From Phoronis australis (taxonomy: Eukaryota > Animalia > Phoronida), in NCBI GenBank assembly GCA_002633005.1, contig NMRA01000075.1:263863-327862 (forward strand): a DNA stretch of 64,000 nt. The letters run 5' to 3'. Positions 54,901 through 64,000 of this stretch are shown one piece after another. Under the pieces are notes generated by a model that had not been told where the DNA came from, searched no databases, and saw only the letters and a list, made by a program, of their open reading frames with translations. Numbering within the stretch: the first letter of the stretch is position 1; each line of letters starts with the position of its first letter. The translations under genes were made by a program, and so were the position numbers.

Positions 54901-56103
54901 CATTCAAAGAGGTGAAGTTTTGCAATTCGAAAAAAACTTGCAGTCATCTCTTTTGACAAGTATCTGCTGTGCAATGGAATGTTCTAGTGACTCGCTAAAA
55001 TACTTAGTACATCGCAAACCATCGTATTTGGCTGAGTAAAATTATAGCATTCACCTATCTCAACTTGGCATGGGTTTTCATGTACAATATGAAATTGGTT
55101 CTGAGGAAACCATTTATCCACTATTGCTGCAATAAAACATTTTAATTAATGCCATATACCGGGTAATATATAATAACTTTGCCGAGGCCCTCCTATTAGT
55201 ATTTATTGTGCAGTTTTCTTTCTCAAGAGATATTAAGGTAGTTACCAATACTGTTTTTTTGAAAGGTAGGCCCTAGTAGCAAACAAATTATGTCAACCAT
55301 AATTTATGCCAATATCTACTGTAATGTGGCATTGAAAATTTAAATGGTTCAGAAAAGTCAGACAAAAATATAACTTCAGTAATCAAGAAACAAAAAGATA
55401 AAACATGCTCTATCAAAGCTATTAATTTTCAATCGGTCAAGGTATGAAAACAGATTAATTTCAATGGTAAATGCTCCTGACCAGTGGTGTCTATTCCCAC
55501 ATGATCAATTGCCGCGTTCCTTCCTCGAAGGCTCTCATTTTGCCAAAACTTGACTTAGAGGTATGTACCTATTTTGACTAAGTGCATTGTGGTGAGTGTT
55601 TTTAGCACTTTATTAAGGTCTTATGTCAAAATAAATAAATGTAGTTCACAAAAACAGCAATAACTGGTAGTAATGCATTAGTGAATTGAATTTGCTTGTT
55701 GTTAATAGCACTGGTTACGTTTCTGTTTCCGTAGGTTCGTGTCACCCTTGGTAACTCCAAATCAGCCAATGAACCATACACAGCTGCGTACAATGCTGAA
55801 CTGACCAAGCACTCCATTTGTAATGCAGAACCTCACAGACTGACCGTCGGTCTGGGTCCGTACGGGCTGGACATTAAAGTAGACAGTCAGCCGGAGCAGG
55901 GGTACGCCTTCCTACCTCCCATCTCTAACGCCCCAATGCCACTTTATGTTGGCGGCCTACCACTAGGTGGCACCAATATCAAATTTCCAATCACCGTGAG
56001 CAAGAAGGGTTTGGAAGGTTGTGTGTCGAGATTGATCATTAATGGACAAGAGATTTCAACCTATGAGAGCCTGGTGCAGACGCGGTATGGATGTAACGCG
56101 TAA
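8988..56103 (+). CDS. Laminin alpha-like chain, about 3050 aa, 51 exons (SP-LN-LE-LF-LE-L4-LE-coiled coil with FN2 insert-LG1-5)
   Basis: Hand-spliced GT-AG exons with continuous frame, total 9153 nt including TAA: 8988-9189,10001-10164,10666-10805,11445-11547,11796-11837,12363-12446,12872-13064,16737-16868,17627-17805,17996-18101,18678-18939,20030-20159,21102-21216,21429-21568,21827-21930,22655-22863,25650-25786,26124-26339,26579-26719,27236-27693,28263-28374,29064-29205,29603-29786,30929-31125,31617-31766,32341-32490,33623-33772,34332-34594,35216-35533,37110-37259,37706-37859,38895-39068,39441-39585,40757-41001,41343-41468,42329-42517,42922-43348,44378-44525,45097-45504,45962-46128,46885-47032,47457-47612,47911-48059,48443-48628,49340-49597,50957-51155,52396-52518,53491-53573,53911-54002,54570-54703,55735-56103. 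Alternative start ATG at 9006. The product has a hydrophobic signal peptide, 8-Cys LE repeats and YLGG/GC motifs of LG domains. Confidence 0.93.
12911..20050 (+). CDS. Laminin gene: LE (laminin EGF-like) repeats 1-5, the last one truncated
   Basis: [14 protein letters not shown]; [26 protein letters not shown]; [27 protein letters not shown]; [21 protein letters not shown] then VQDGFY. Confidence 0.9.
13232..14028. other. Near-identical 356-bp direct duplication flanking a single N (likely a contig-overlap artefact)
   Basis: 13232-13587 is repeated at 13673-14028 with very few differences, and the second copy starts right after the n at 13672. Confidence 0.85.
13588..13671 (+). mobile_element. 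Fragment of a LINE (CR1/L2-like) apurinic endonuclease ORF
   Basis: Translates [23 protein letters not shown], resembling the YRxP motif of APE-type LINE endonucleases. It is truncated by the N gap. Confidence 0.5.
15527..15677. repeat. About 31-bp minisatellite, about 5 degenerate copies (AGACCATATTGCTGAGTGGGACTTAAGTCAC)
   Basis: Visible tandem units in laminin intron 7. Confidence 0.85.
19169..19994. mobile_element. MITE with about 33-bp TIRs, PIF/Harbinger-like
   Basis: Left end GGGCTGTTCCAGTAAAAGCCGTGTGGGAGGGGG; reverse complement of right end GGGCTGTTCCAGCAAAATCTGTATGGGAGGGGG. Flanks TTT/TTA suggest a degenerate TWA TSD. It ends 35 bp before exon 12. Confidence 0.7.
20051..22715 (+). 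CDS. Laminin gene: short LF (domain IV type B-like) globular insert
   Basis: Cys-poor segment of about 180 aa with [23 protein letters not shown] and CKERVFSL. These recall beta-chain LF motifs (WTGAGFV, LIRY, IDSLVLMP, CRNIIFS). The segment is followed by [31 protein letters not shown]. Confidence 0.7.
20210..20312 (-). mobile_element. Possible 3' tail remnant of a LINE (L2/CR1-type)
   Basis: The minus strand reads GAGGGCCCTCTTGGAAAGCAG..ACTGAAGAGGCCACCCTC (stem-loop) followed by AATAAA-rich simple sequence. The family assignment is from memory only. Confidence 0.35.
27236..28330 (+). CDS. Laminin gene: L4 (domain IV type A / laminin B) domain inserted in a split LE repeat
   Basis: Preceded by [10 protein letters not shown]; contains FHGNL and [14 protein letters not shown]; followed by [22 protein letters not shown]. 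Confidence 0.85.
32012..32200 (+). mobile_element. Degenerate tRNA-derived SINE-like remnant
   Basis: A-box-like GTGGCTTAAAG and B-box-like GGGTTTGAATCC at tRNA-like spacing; no intact cloverleaf. Confidence 0.4.
33530..33622 (+). repeat. Three 31-bp tandem units, each ending in an acceptor-like TTT[C/T]AG
   Basis: GCTGTAGGCAATGGTTGTCATTACATTTCAG x3. The third copy supplies the true acceptor of exon 27. Confidence 0.9.
34332..43080 (+). CDS. Laminin gene: long-arm coiled coil (about 580 aa excluding FN2)
   Basis: Begins with CGDC (CxxC as at the start of laminin long arms), continues as heptad-like L/A/Q/S-rich sequence, and ends [21 protein letters not shown], an alpha-chain-type junction into LG1. 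Confidence 0.85.
36227..36336. repeat. Palindromic mini-element of about 110 bp (intact copy)
   Basis: Arms GGCAATAGTCAGATATAAC..TTTTGAGAACC and GGTTCTCAAAA..GTTATATCAGACTATTACC. Confidence 0.8.
36345..36859 (-). mobile_element. MITE, hAT-like ends, 6-bp TSD; copy B (inverted relative to 5099-5591)
   Basis: TIRs CAGGGCTTGGAAT...ATTCCAAGCCCTG, flanked by TTTCAT on both sides. The internal sequence is the reverse complement of copy A with scattered differences. Confidence 0.9.
38895..39068 (+). CDS. Laminin gene exon 32: fibronectin type II domain
   Basis: [51 protein letters not shown] matches the FN2 consensus C.FPF.Y.G..Y..CT......WC......WG.C. The exon is 174 nt, phase 1 at both ends, with TTGTAG acceptor and GTAAGT donor. 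Confidence 0.88.
39646..39853. mobile_element. Degenerate Tc1/mariner-type MITE
   Basis: TA|CAGGGTGA...TCATCCTG|TA with imperfect TIRs of about 25 bp and a TA TSD. Confidence 0.55.
43081..56103 (+). CDS. Laminin gene: five laminin G (LG1-5) domains with a Pro/Thr-rich LG3-LG4 linker
   Basis: Repeated LG motifs: [82 protein letters not shown]. Linker [19 protein letters not shown] lies in exon 49340-49597. Confidence 0.9.
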
Positions 56104-57227
56104 CTTTTGCCAAATGATGTTATTTCCCTTTTCGTTTTCGAAATTTGAACACTTTTTGGAAATGAAAAGAGCACAAAGGATTGCTAACCCATTTGACTAT
56201 GATTCATATATCATATGCTTAGTACACCGTGTCCTTGTTAAAACAACGTGGAAAGATGTTGAGCTGCTAACCTTTCCACGTCATTGAGACCAGTGAGATC
56301 GTTATTAACAATGATCACCAGCTATTAATTACTTAATCAACTTCATAGTCAGCACTATGATGGGGGACTCAAGATTCACTAGGTGACGCTGGTGTAAAGT
56401 GCTCCTAGCAACTGTAAAATGAGGGGTAATTTCCAATAGAGGAATTCAAAATAATGTTTTCTTAAGAAAAGTGTAGTTGCTCAACAATTTTGACAACTGC
56501 CTGTTCCAAAAGAGACTTCCTGCTTACTACAGGTTCAATGAAATCTGAAATGTTTGAGGTCTTTCAGATGTGGTATTTGTTCATGTTAAGTAGATCATTT
56601 GTTTTATACTCCCTTTTCACATTACTGTTCTTGCTGTATACGTGCATGGGTCCTTGAAACCCTGAACATCCTCCTGCTGGTGACCAGGAATTTGTTATTG
56701 GTCATTCAGGCATCAAAATGAGTACCATTTCTCCTTAAATTAATATTCTAATATTTCCCATATTTGTAGACGCTATCAAGTTCCACCTGTGTTGCATATG
56801 CAGTGCTGAGTTGTGGTGCTGCAATGCACAATGTATTGCTTTCCTGATCATTTTTGAATGTGAGGTTGCTGTTGGCTTAATCATCCAGGTGTTACAGATG
56901 ATAGACTTCTTGCTTTGTTGTTATTCTCAGCCATGGTATCTATGATTCTAGTGTGCTATTGGCGAAAAAATTCTCACTACAGTTGGATTTTCTGTTTGGT
57001 ATTTTGGTATCTTTTTATTTTTTTTCTCTCCCATAGACTGTTATAGATATCATTTGTCTACCTACTTTTAAAATATTTTTGCAGTATTTATGATATATTT
57101 TAAAGCAGTTTTAACATTCCGGTTTATCAAATTTTAAACGTGTGTTGGAGAATATTGTGCTTTGTCTGCTCTCGTTAGAAAATCATTCCGTCCTTTATGT
57201 GATTTTGTAATGCAAGATTTTTTAGGT

Positions 57228-57233
57228 AATAAA
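57228..57233 (+). terminator. Candidate polyadenylation signal of the laminin gene
   Basis: AATAAA about 1.1 kb after the stop codon, at the end of a U-rich 3' UTR-like stretch. Confidence 0.5.
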
Positions 57234-57498
57234 GTACTTTATCACTGCAAGAGAAGCCTTAACATTTTCTGCTTAATATTGTGACATAGGACTCTACAGA
57301 CTTTCATTTCCCTCATACAAATGATTTGCAGCCGTCAATATAATTTTACCTTCGTGTTAATCGTACATGCATGCAGATAAATTAGTTCGGTGAGGGTCAT
57401 TTTTCCATTTCGAACATAGCTTACGATGTATTTTAAGTACCGTGTAGTAGAATTCTACATATTAACAATATTCTTAGTTGCACTTCCCTTTGAAGTAT

Positions 57499-60090
57499 CA
57501 TTACACTGCGTGTGTAGACACTGAGTACTGTTTTTCCTGGGTTTTCTTCAATTTTATTCTTATTCTTATTCTTATTACTCTGCGTGTGTAAGCGCAGAGT
57601 ACTGTTGTTCCTGGGTTTTCTTCAATTTTATTCTTCTTATTCTTATTCTTATTCTTATTACTCTGCGCGTGTACATGTAAGCGCAAAGTACTGTTGTTCC
57701 TTGGTTTTCTTCAATTTTATTCTTATTCTTATTCTTCTTCCGACAAACTTTGAGGCTTAATAACTCCAAATTGGGTGCAGGTACGGTCTTTAAATTCAGC
57801 ATATGACTTTTGACAGTATATAAATTTTGATTGGTTATATAATCATATTCCATATTGCACCGGAAGAGGTCGTTTGGTGCAAAGGTCATATAATTTTCAA
57901 AATGCTACTCCTCCTTCAGTTTTAAAGCTATCTTTTTCAAATTCGGTGCACAGGTATAAGTCAACATGACAATTTAAAAAATTACTTTTCTAAGTAATCG
58001 GGTCATCCAATCAGGTGAAATAGGTCAAAGGTCATTAGGTGCAAACTAAAATTTTGAGCTAGACACTTCAAATTGACAGGTCTGATTGCCACAGGTAAAT
58101 CAAATCGGAATCCAAAGTTTCAGGTCATTTAGTGCAAACATGGGGTCATTAGGTGCATTTTTCTTCTGAAAATTTGACCTTTTCAATCAGCAAGTATTCT
58201 GATGTGTCAACCGTTAGACAACTGTGATTCTCAGCGTTAAACACATTTTCCATGGGCTTTGCAATAATTCTCCTAAAGATGCTTAAAATGCACCGGATAA
58301 GGTCAATTAGTGCAAAGGTCATGTAACGTTCAAAATGTTATATCTCTTACGTTTTTCAAGGAATTCTTTTCAATTTCAGCACACTGGTGTAAGTCAACAT
58401 GCCAATTGAATACCCTACTTTACTTTGCAATAGGCCTAACCAATCAGAAAAAATAGGTCAAAGGTCATTGAGTGCAAACTAAAATTTTGAGCTAGAGACT
58501 TCAGAATTACGTATCTGTTTACTAAGTGCGATTGAGTTTGAATTCTAAATTTCCAGGTCATTTGGTGCACCCATGGGGTCATTAGGTGCATTTTTCTTCT
58601 GAAAGTTTGACCACTTCATTCATCTTGTATTCTGAAGTGCTTAAAGTAAAACATCTGTGATTATTAGCATTAACCACACTTTTAATCGAGTTAACAATTA
58701 CTCCCTCATCGGGGCTCATAATGCACCGGAAGAGGTCAATTAGTGGAAAGGTCATCAAAAAATTAATATGTAATTTCTCCTACGATTTTAAAGAATTCCT
58801 TTTCATATTGGTAAACGGGTTGCTGTCAGTAACTTCCCATAATGATTCCAGTAATACGCACGCGCAGAGTCCGTTATTGTCACGCCGTAACAATTATCTT
58901 TCTAGTTCTTCTTATTCTTCTTCCGACCAACTTTGAGGCTTAATAACTCCAAATTGGGTGCAGGTCGCGGTCTTTAAATTCAGCATATGACTTTTGACAG
59001 TATATAAATTTTGATTGGTTATATAATCATATTCCATATTGCACCGGAAGAGGTCGTTTGGTGCAAAGGTCATAGAATTTTCAAAATGCTACTCCTTCTT
59101 CAGTTTTAAAGCTATCTTTTTTAAATTCGGTGCAGAGGTATAAGTCAACATGACAATTTAAAAATTACTTTTCTAAGTAATCGGGTCATCCAATCAAGTG
59201 AAATAGGTCAAAGGTCATTAGGTGCAAACTAAAATTTTGAGCTAGACACTTCAAATTGACAGGTCTGATTGCCACAGGTAAATCAAATCGGAATCCAAAG
59301 TTTCAGGTCATTTAGTGCAAACATGGGGTCATTAGGTGCATTTTTCTCCTGAAAATTTGACCTTTTCAATCAGCAAGTATTCTGATGTGTCAACCGTTAG
59401 ACAACTGTGATTCTCAGCGTTAAACACATTTTCCATGGGCTTTGCAATAATTCTCCTAAAGATGCTTAAAATGCACCGGACAAGGTCAATTAGTGCAAAA
59501 GTCATATAACGTTCAAAATGTTATATGTCTTACGTTTTTCAAGGAATTATTTTCAATTTTAGCACACTGGTGTAAGTCAACATGTCATTTGAATACCCTA
59601 CTTTACTTTGCAATAGGCCTTACCAATCAGAAAAAATAGGTCAAAGGTCATTGGGTGCAAACTAAAATTTTGAGCTAGAGACTTCAGAATTACGTATCTG
59701 TTTACTAAGTGCGATTGAGTTTGAATTCTAAATTTTCAGGTCATTTGGTGCACCCATGGGGTCAATAGGTGCATTTTTCTTCTGAAAGTTTGACCACTTC
59801 ATTCATCTTGTATTCTGAAGTGCTTAAAGTAAAACATCTGTGATTATTAGCATTAACCACACTTTTAATCGAGTTAACAATTACTCCCTCATCGGGGCTC
59901 ATAATGCACCGGAAGAGGTCAATTAGTGGAAAGGTCATCAAAAAATTAATATGTAATTTCTCCTACAATTTTAAAGAATTCCTTTTCATATTGGTCAACG
60001 GGTTGCTGTCAGTAACTTCCCATAATAATTCCAGTAATACGCACGCGCAGAGTCCGTTATTGTCACGCAGTGACAATAATCTTTCTAGTT
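57499..60090 (+). mobile_element. Non-autonomous Helentron/DINE-1-like (HINE) element, tandemly amplified
   Basis: The 5' subTIR ACTCTGCGCGTG (57660-57671) matches the 3' subTIR CACGCGCAGAGT (58859-58870 and 60042-60053). Other hallmarks are a 5' palindrome ACTCTGCG..CGCAGAGT, an (ATTCTT)n microsatellite, internal 433-bp subrepeats, and a 3' hairpin TTATTGTCAC-GCA-GTGACAATAA followed by CTAGTT. The 5' module is present 3x (about 80 bp) and the 1183-bp body 2x. Confidence 0.8.
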
Positions 60091-60216
60091 CAAATTTGTT
60101 TTTCATAGATTTTGTGAAGTTCAATAAACTGCAGTATGCGTTCTCATGTGCCAATTTAAAATGCGGCATCGCTTTTATTATTATTGATCTTAACTAAATT
60201 GAAACAGCCTTCTTGC

Positions 60217-61982
60217 TTAAACTGAAGTTTCTTGGCCAGTGTCAAGCATTTCTCCTCGATCTTCTAAGACGTAATTAGAGTTATATTTTTTATCAATTGC
60301 CTGCTGGTCTAAAATTGACATTCCTGTAATCGGGTCTTTAGGTGCTTTTCTCGCCTTACCGATTTTTGATACCCGTTTCCTAGCCAGACATGAGAAGATA
60401 CGCTCTAAGAAAAAACGCGCCTTTCTTGATTTTATTCTCTTTGTCCTTTTGTCAGCTATTTTGTACGGTTTACACTTATCCCTGACACGAGGTAAGACCT
60501 TAACTAACATCACCACTGTCGTGACTGTTATTATTACGACGACAACAACGAAGGGCACGCTGACGCCACTCGGCTTGTCTACCTTTTGCGAACCCGAAGA
60601 TGTCCCTCCCATGTTTTCGGCCAAGCACACAACGTTTACCGTGGATGTCTTAAAATTCATGAAACTAAATGGCGTCTCCACGATCAAAATGCTTTGGGTG
60701 AGCGATAGTCTACGTGTCTCAGCAGGATATTGCCTTTCCTGGCCTTCTGGGCCGAACATAATTGACAGCTTTGGAGCAGGATCGCCTGTTGACTCACAAT
60801 ATAGGTACAGATAGCCTGCCACTATCTTGGTCGTGACGAACGGCGTCGATGGTTCGTGGCATGTTGCATTGATGTTTACCAGGTGCTTATGACTATGATC
60901 GTTCGGAGTGGCGCACTTAACTGTGTAGGGATCGACACTACTCCCGTTGAACCGACAGAATGATTTGTTCTGGACTGTATTGCCTACAGCACTGGCAATT
61001 GCACAGTTGCAATGGACTGGATTCTCTGCCATAGACAGATCTGTCAAGTTTTGGCTTACTAAGGACAGGGGCAATCATTGGAGTTTGTTGCTGTGGAGAC
61101 ACGCTGTTTGTACTGTATGTGGATTGAAAGCCCAGTCGTGGATGTCTGTTAGAAAGTTGTTGTTGAGAAGAATAACCCTCAGAAATCGTAATCCCATGAA
61201 CGTTTCACGGGCAATTGTTGTGAGCCTGTTGTTGGTCAGATCTAAGTATATAAGTTTGGCAGTTGACAAAAACACCGAGTAGGATAGAGTATCGATCATA
61301 TTGGAACCCAGCGAAAGCACTCTGAGTTTCTTTAATCCTTGGAACGAAGTGTCTGAAAACTGCGAAAGGCTATTTCCGTCTAAGTAGAGCCCACGAAGAC
61401 GTTTTATGAAGCAAAAGGGAGCACCGTAAGCGTGACGTAATCTATTCTCTCGAAGAGAGAGTATATTCAAACACTTCAGACCGTAGAAATGGTTGGAATG
61501 CAGATTAGAAGTATTAGTATCCGTAGTAAAGGAAAGCAGTTGAAAGAATACGGCTCCATGTGGCTGATGTTGTTATTGGCAAAGTTAAGAATTTCTAGCC
61601 TATTGATACCGAAGAACGTATCTTGCGAAATGTTTGTCAGGAAATTGTTCGACAAATTCAGCCACCTTGCTTGAGTTATCGTCGCTGCGTAGTTGAAAGC
61701 GCCGTTCTCTATGGTGACAATGCGGCAACTAGTCAAGTCGATTCCAGGTTTATCATACCGTCCATCCTCTGTCTTTGGCGCAGGAAAACGTTTCATGTAT
61801 GACGAAGTGACTACGCCAGAGGGCGGGCACGGCGGCTTCTCGCATAAAACATCGCTTTTAAAGGTAAGGACCATGAGCAAGAAGGTTGTCAGAACACAGG
61901 CACTGTCTCTCTTTACAATGCCGCAACACATACAAGAGGCAGATATAGTGATTGCCGAGAGTCTGTGCTTCACAGGACGCAT
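60217..61982 (-). pseudogene. Intronless LRR + LRRCT + Ig-like + TM single-pass receptor (LIG/LRRIG family) with two disruptions
   Basis: Three ORF pieces are collinear: signal-like VLTTFLLMVLTF, LRRs (LNLSNNFLTNI, LYLDGNSL, LDLTNNRL), LRRCT NPVHCNC, Ig (LYCESTGDPAP..VVCLAENMGG), TM VPFVVVVVIITVTTVVMLV and a basic tail. There is a frameshift near 61509 and an in-frame TGA at 61077-61075. Confidence 0.8.
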
Positions 61983-62147
61983 GACATATTGTTAGCGTGA
62001 CGTCATTAATTGTCCAATGTATGATGTAATGACATCCTTTCTCAACAGAAACAGATAAAAAGTTAAATCAAGCACGATACGACAAATGACATCTGACATG
62101 TGGCGTAACGAAAATTTTAGATTGTTGGGAAACAAGTAAAGGAAGAT

Positions 62148-63184
62148 ATACACAAAACGTACCGAGAGTGGCATACATGAAGTAATATCCCACGAGACAT
62201 TATTCCTTCGGTCTCGGTCGATACGCGGAATAAAGTCGAGTGGGATATTACTTCATGAACGCCTATCGCATACGCTTCGAATTTCTAAGTTTCTTACATT
62301 TTTTGGTAGATTTTTTAAATACTTCACCCAGACTGTTCACATGGCGGACCACATCCTACATGTATGTTCTTGCGCGTTAGGATGCAAGTTTTCTCTTGTA
62401 AAAAATTTTTTAAAGTAATGACTTATTTCTTGAAAAGAGGTAACAAAAATGAAAACAACGGCAACTGTGCAGTGAACTTGTAACATCTCCTGGAAATAGT
62501 TAAAAAACAACATTTGATATTTGATTTCCAGGAATCGGCGCCTGACTGAGTTGCAGACGATATAGTATTCAGCAATTGAAAACTAGGAAATGAGTGCCTT
62601 ATAATTAACAGTTTTGTTACAGATTTTACGTTTAGGGCCTGGTTGCATGTCGAGTGTTAGTTACGCTGCTGCAACTGCATTACCGTAAACTATATTTGGA
62701 AAGTTTGATGATTGAACCGGCTGAAGACGTCGTGTTGACATTGACCTAGCTTTTGAACTTTCCATGTCAGAGGTCGCTGTTGAAGTAGTGCGGGAGGTGA
62801 ATACGGAAAACTTTATTACGTGGCCGTATTTCCCCCGACAGATTCAACGCGCGTGGGATAAATACACAAAACGTACCGAGAGTGGCGTACACGAAGTAAT
62901 ATCCCACGAGACATTATTACGCGTATCGACTTCCCATACGCTTCGAATTCCTAAATTTCTTTCGTTTTTTCCGCAGATTTTTTAAATACTTCACTCAGAC
63001 TGTTCACGTGGCGGATTACATCCTATATTTATGTACTTGCGCGTTTGGCTGCAAGTTTTCTCTAGTAAAAAAAATAGTTTTAAATGTGACGATTTATTAC
63101 TTGAAAAGAGATAACAAAGATGAAAACAAGGGTAACTTTTCATTGAACTTGAAAACATCTCCTGAAAATATTTAAATAACAACA
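62148..63184. repeat. Two diverged direct copies of a repeat of about 330-360 bp; the first contains a long hairpin
   Basis: 62148-62511 aligns with 62862-63184. Hairpin CATGAAGTAATATCCCAC...GTGGGATATTACTTCATG lies at 62176-62257. Confidence 0.85.
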
Positions 63185-64000
63185 ATAGTTGATACTGTAG
63201 TCATTACCAGCAATTCGTAAACTAGGTCATCCGCCAGGTTCTCTGCGTATCATCGCTTATGGACCAGTTAGCGCTTCACCCTCCGCGTGTCTACTGGAGA
63301 CGAAAGACCAGGAAGGTTGTTCTACATTTTGTATCCCAAAGTTCAAATATATTCCGTTAAAAAGGAAAGACAAAACATATTATTACAGATGTCTGACCAA
63401 TATCATGAGTCAACACTCGTAAGCAAATCAAAGCTTGCCTTATCTCGCACTACCTCAATCGACTAGTTTTCAGTTCGCAATGGCAACAATACAATTCTCA
63501 TAAATTCAACTTGTAATGACCCCTTTCAATTTTAAACCATGCCCGAAGTACTCGGAAACAAATTATTGTTAGGTACAACGAGGTTTTTTCCTCTGAAGTG
63601 GATCGTAAACACCTCAGGTGAGTTTTCCGCACACAGCTCAGTACTTTGGTTTAGAGCTGAATTTTAGCTCCCATACCGTTATGGACCGGGCCGAGCCGGT
63701 CAAGAGCCAATCTTTTTTGTACGCACTACCTAGAGTATTGGTATCAAGCTGTTATATATTGAGAAAGTGTTTATTAGTATACTGGTGTGAATATTATGAG
63801 TGATTTAACCAAAAACTTCGAATTAACTAGACCCACTAATGATAATCTACATGATGATAAACTGATAGGCAAAAGGCCAAAATTGGCAATTTTCGGCCAC
63901 CCCATGTTAAATACAAAATTTTGTCTAATTTTCTTCAAACTTCTACATTTCAATCTTGATTATACTGACATCTGTTGGGTCTATCGGCAACTAAGCGCAC

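Noticed and set aside
58721-60197. Duplicated ORFs MHRKRSISGKV...
   Set aside because: They lie within the two copies of the Helentron-like repeat body and show no protein features.
61075-61077. Selenocysteine or programmed readthrough at the in-frame TGA
   Set aside because: The position is a variable LRR residue rather than a catalytic Cys site, no SECIS was recognised, and an upstream frameshift already breaks the gene.

Overview
AT-rich, intron-rich animal genomic DNA, probably a marine invertebrate (species not identifiable from the sequence). All family assignments come from manual reading of translations and motifs; no searches were run. Three genes are present. (1) The 5' part of MAP2K5/MEK5 lies on the minus strand (8 exons, 8331->1228) and probably continues past the left edge. 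(2) Head-to-head with it is a complete laminin alpha-like gene of 51 exons and about 3050 aa (8988-56103, +). Its order is signal peptide, LN, 5 LE, a short beta-like LF, LE, L4, LE, coiled coil, LG1-5, and a fibronectin type II (FN2) domain on its own symmetric phase-1 exon interrupts the coiled coil. (3) An intronless LRR-Ig-TM receptor gene (61982->60217, -) is broken by a frameshift and an in-frame TGA. Non-coding DNA holds several MITEs (one family with 6-bp TSDs, both copies tied to the same palindromic mini-element), a tandemly amplified Helentron/DINE-1-like element, minisatellites abutting splice acceptors, and an assembly overlap at an N that carries a LINE endonuclease-like fragment. 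The FN2-containing mosaic laminin is the most interesting object in the window.
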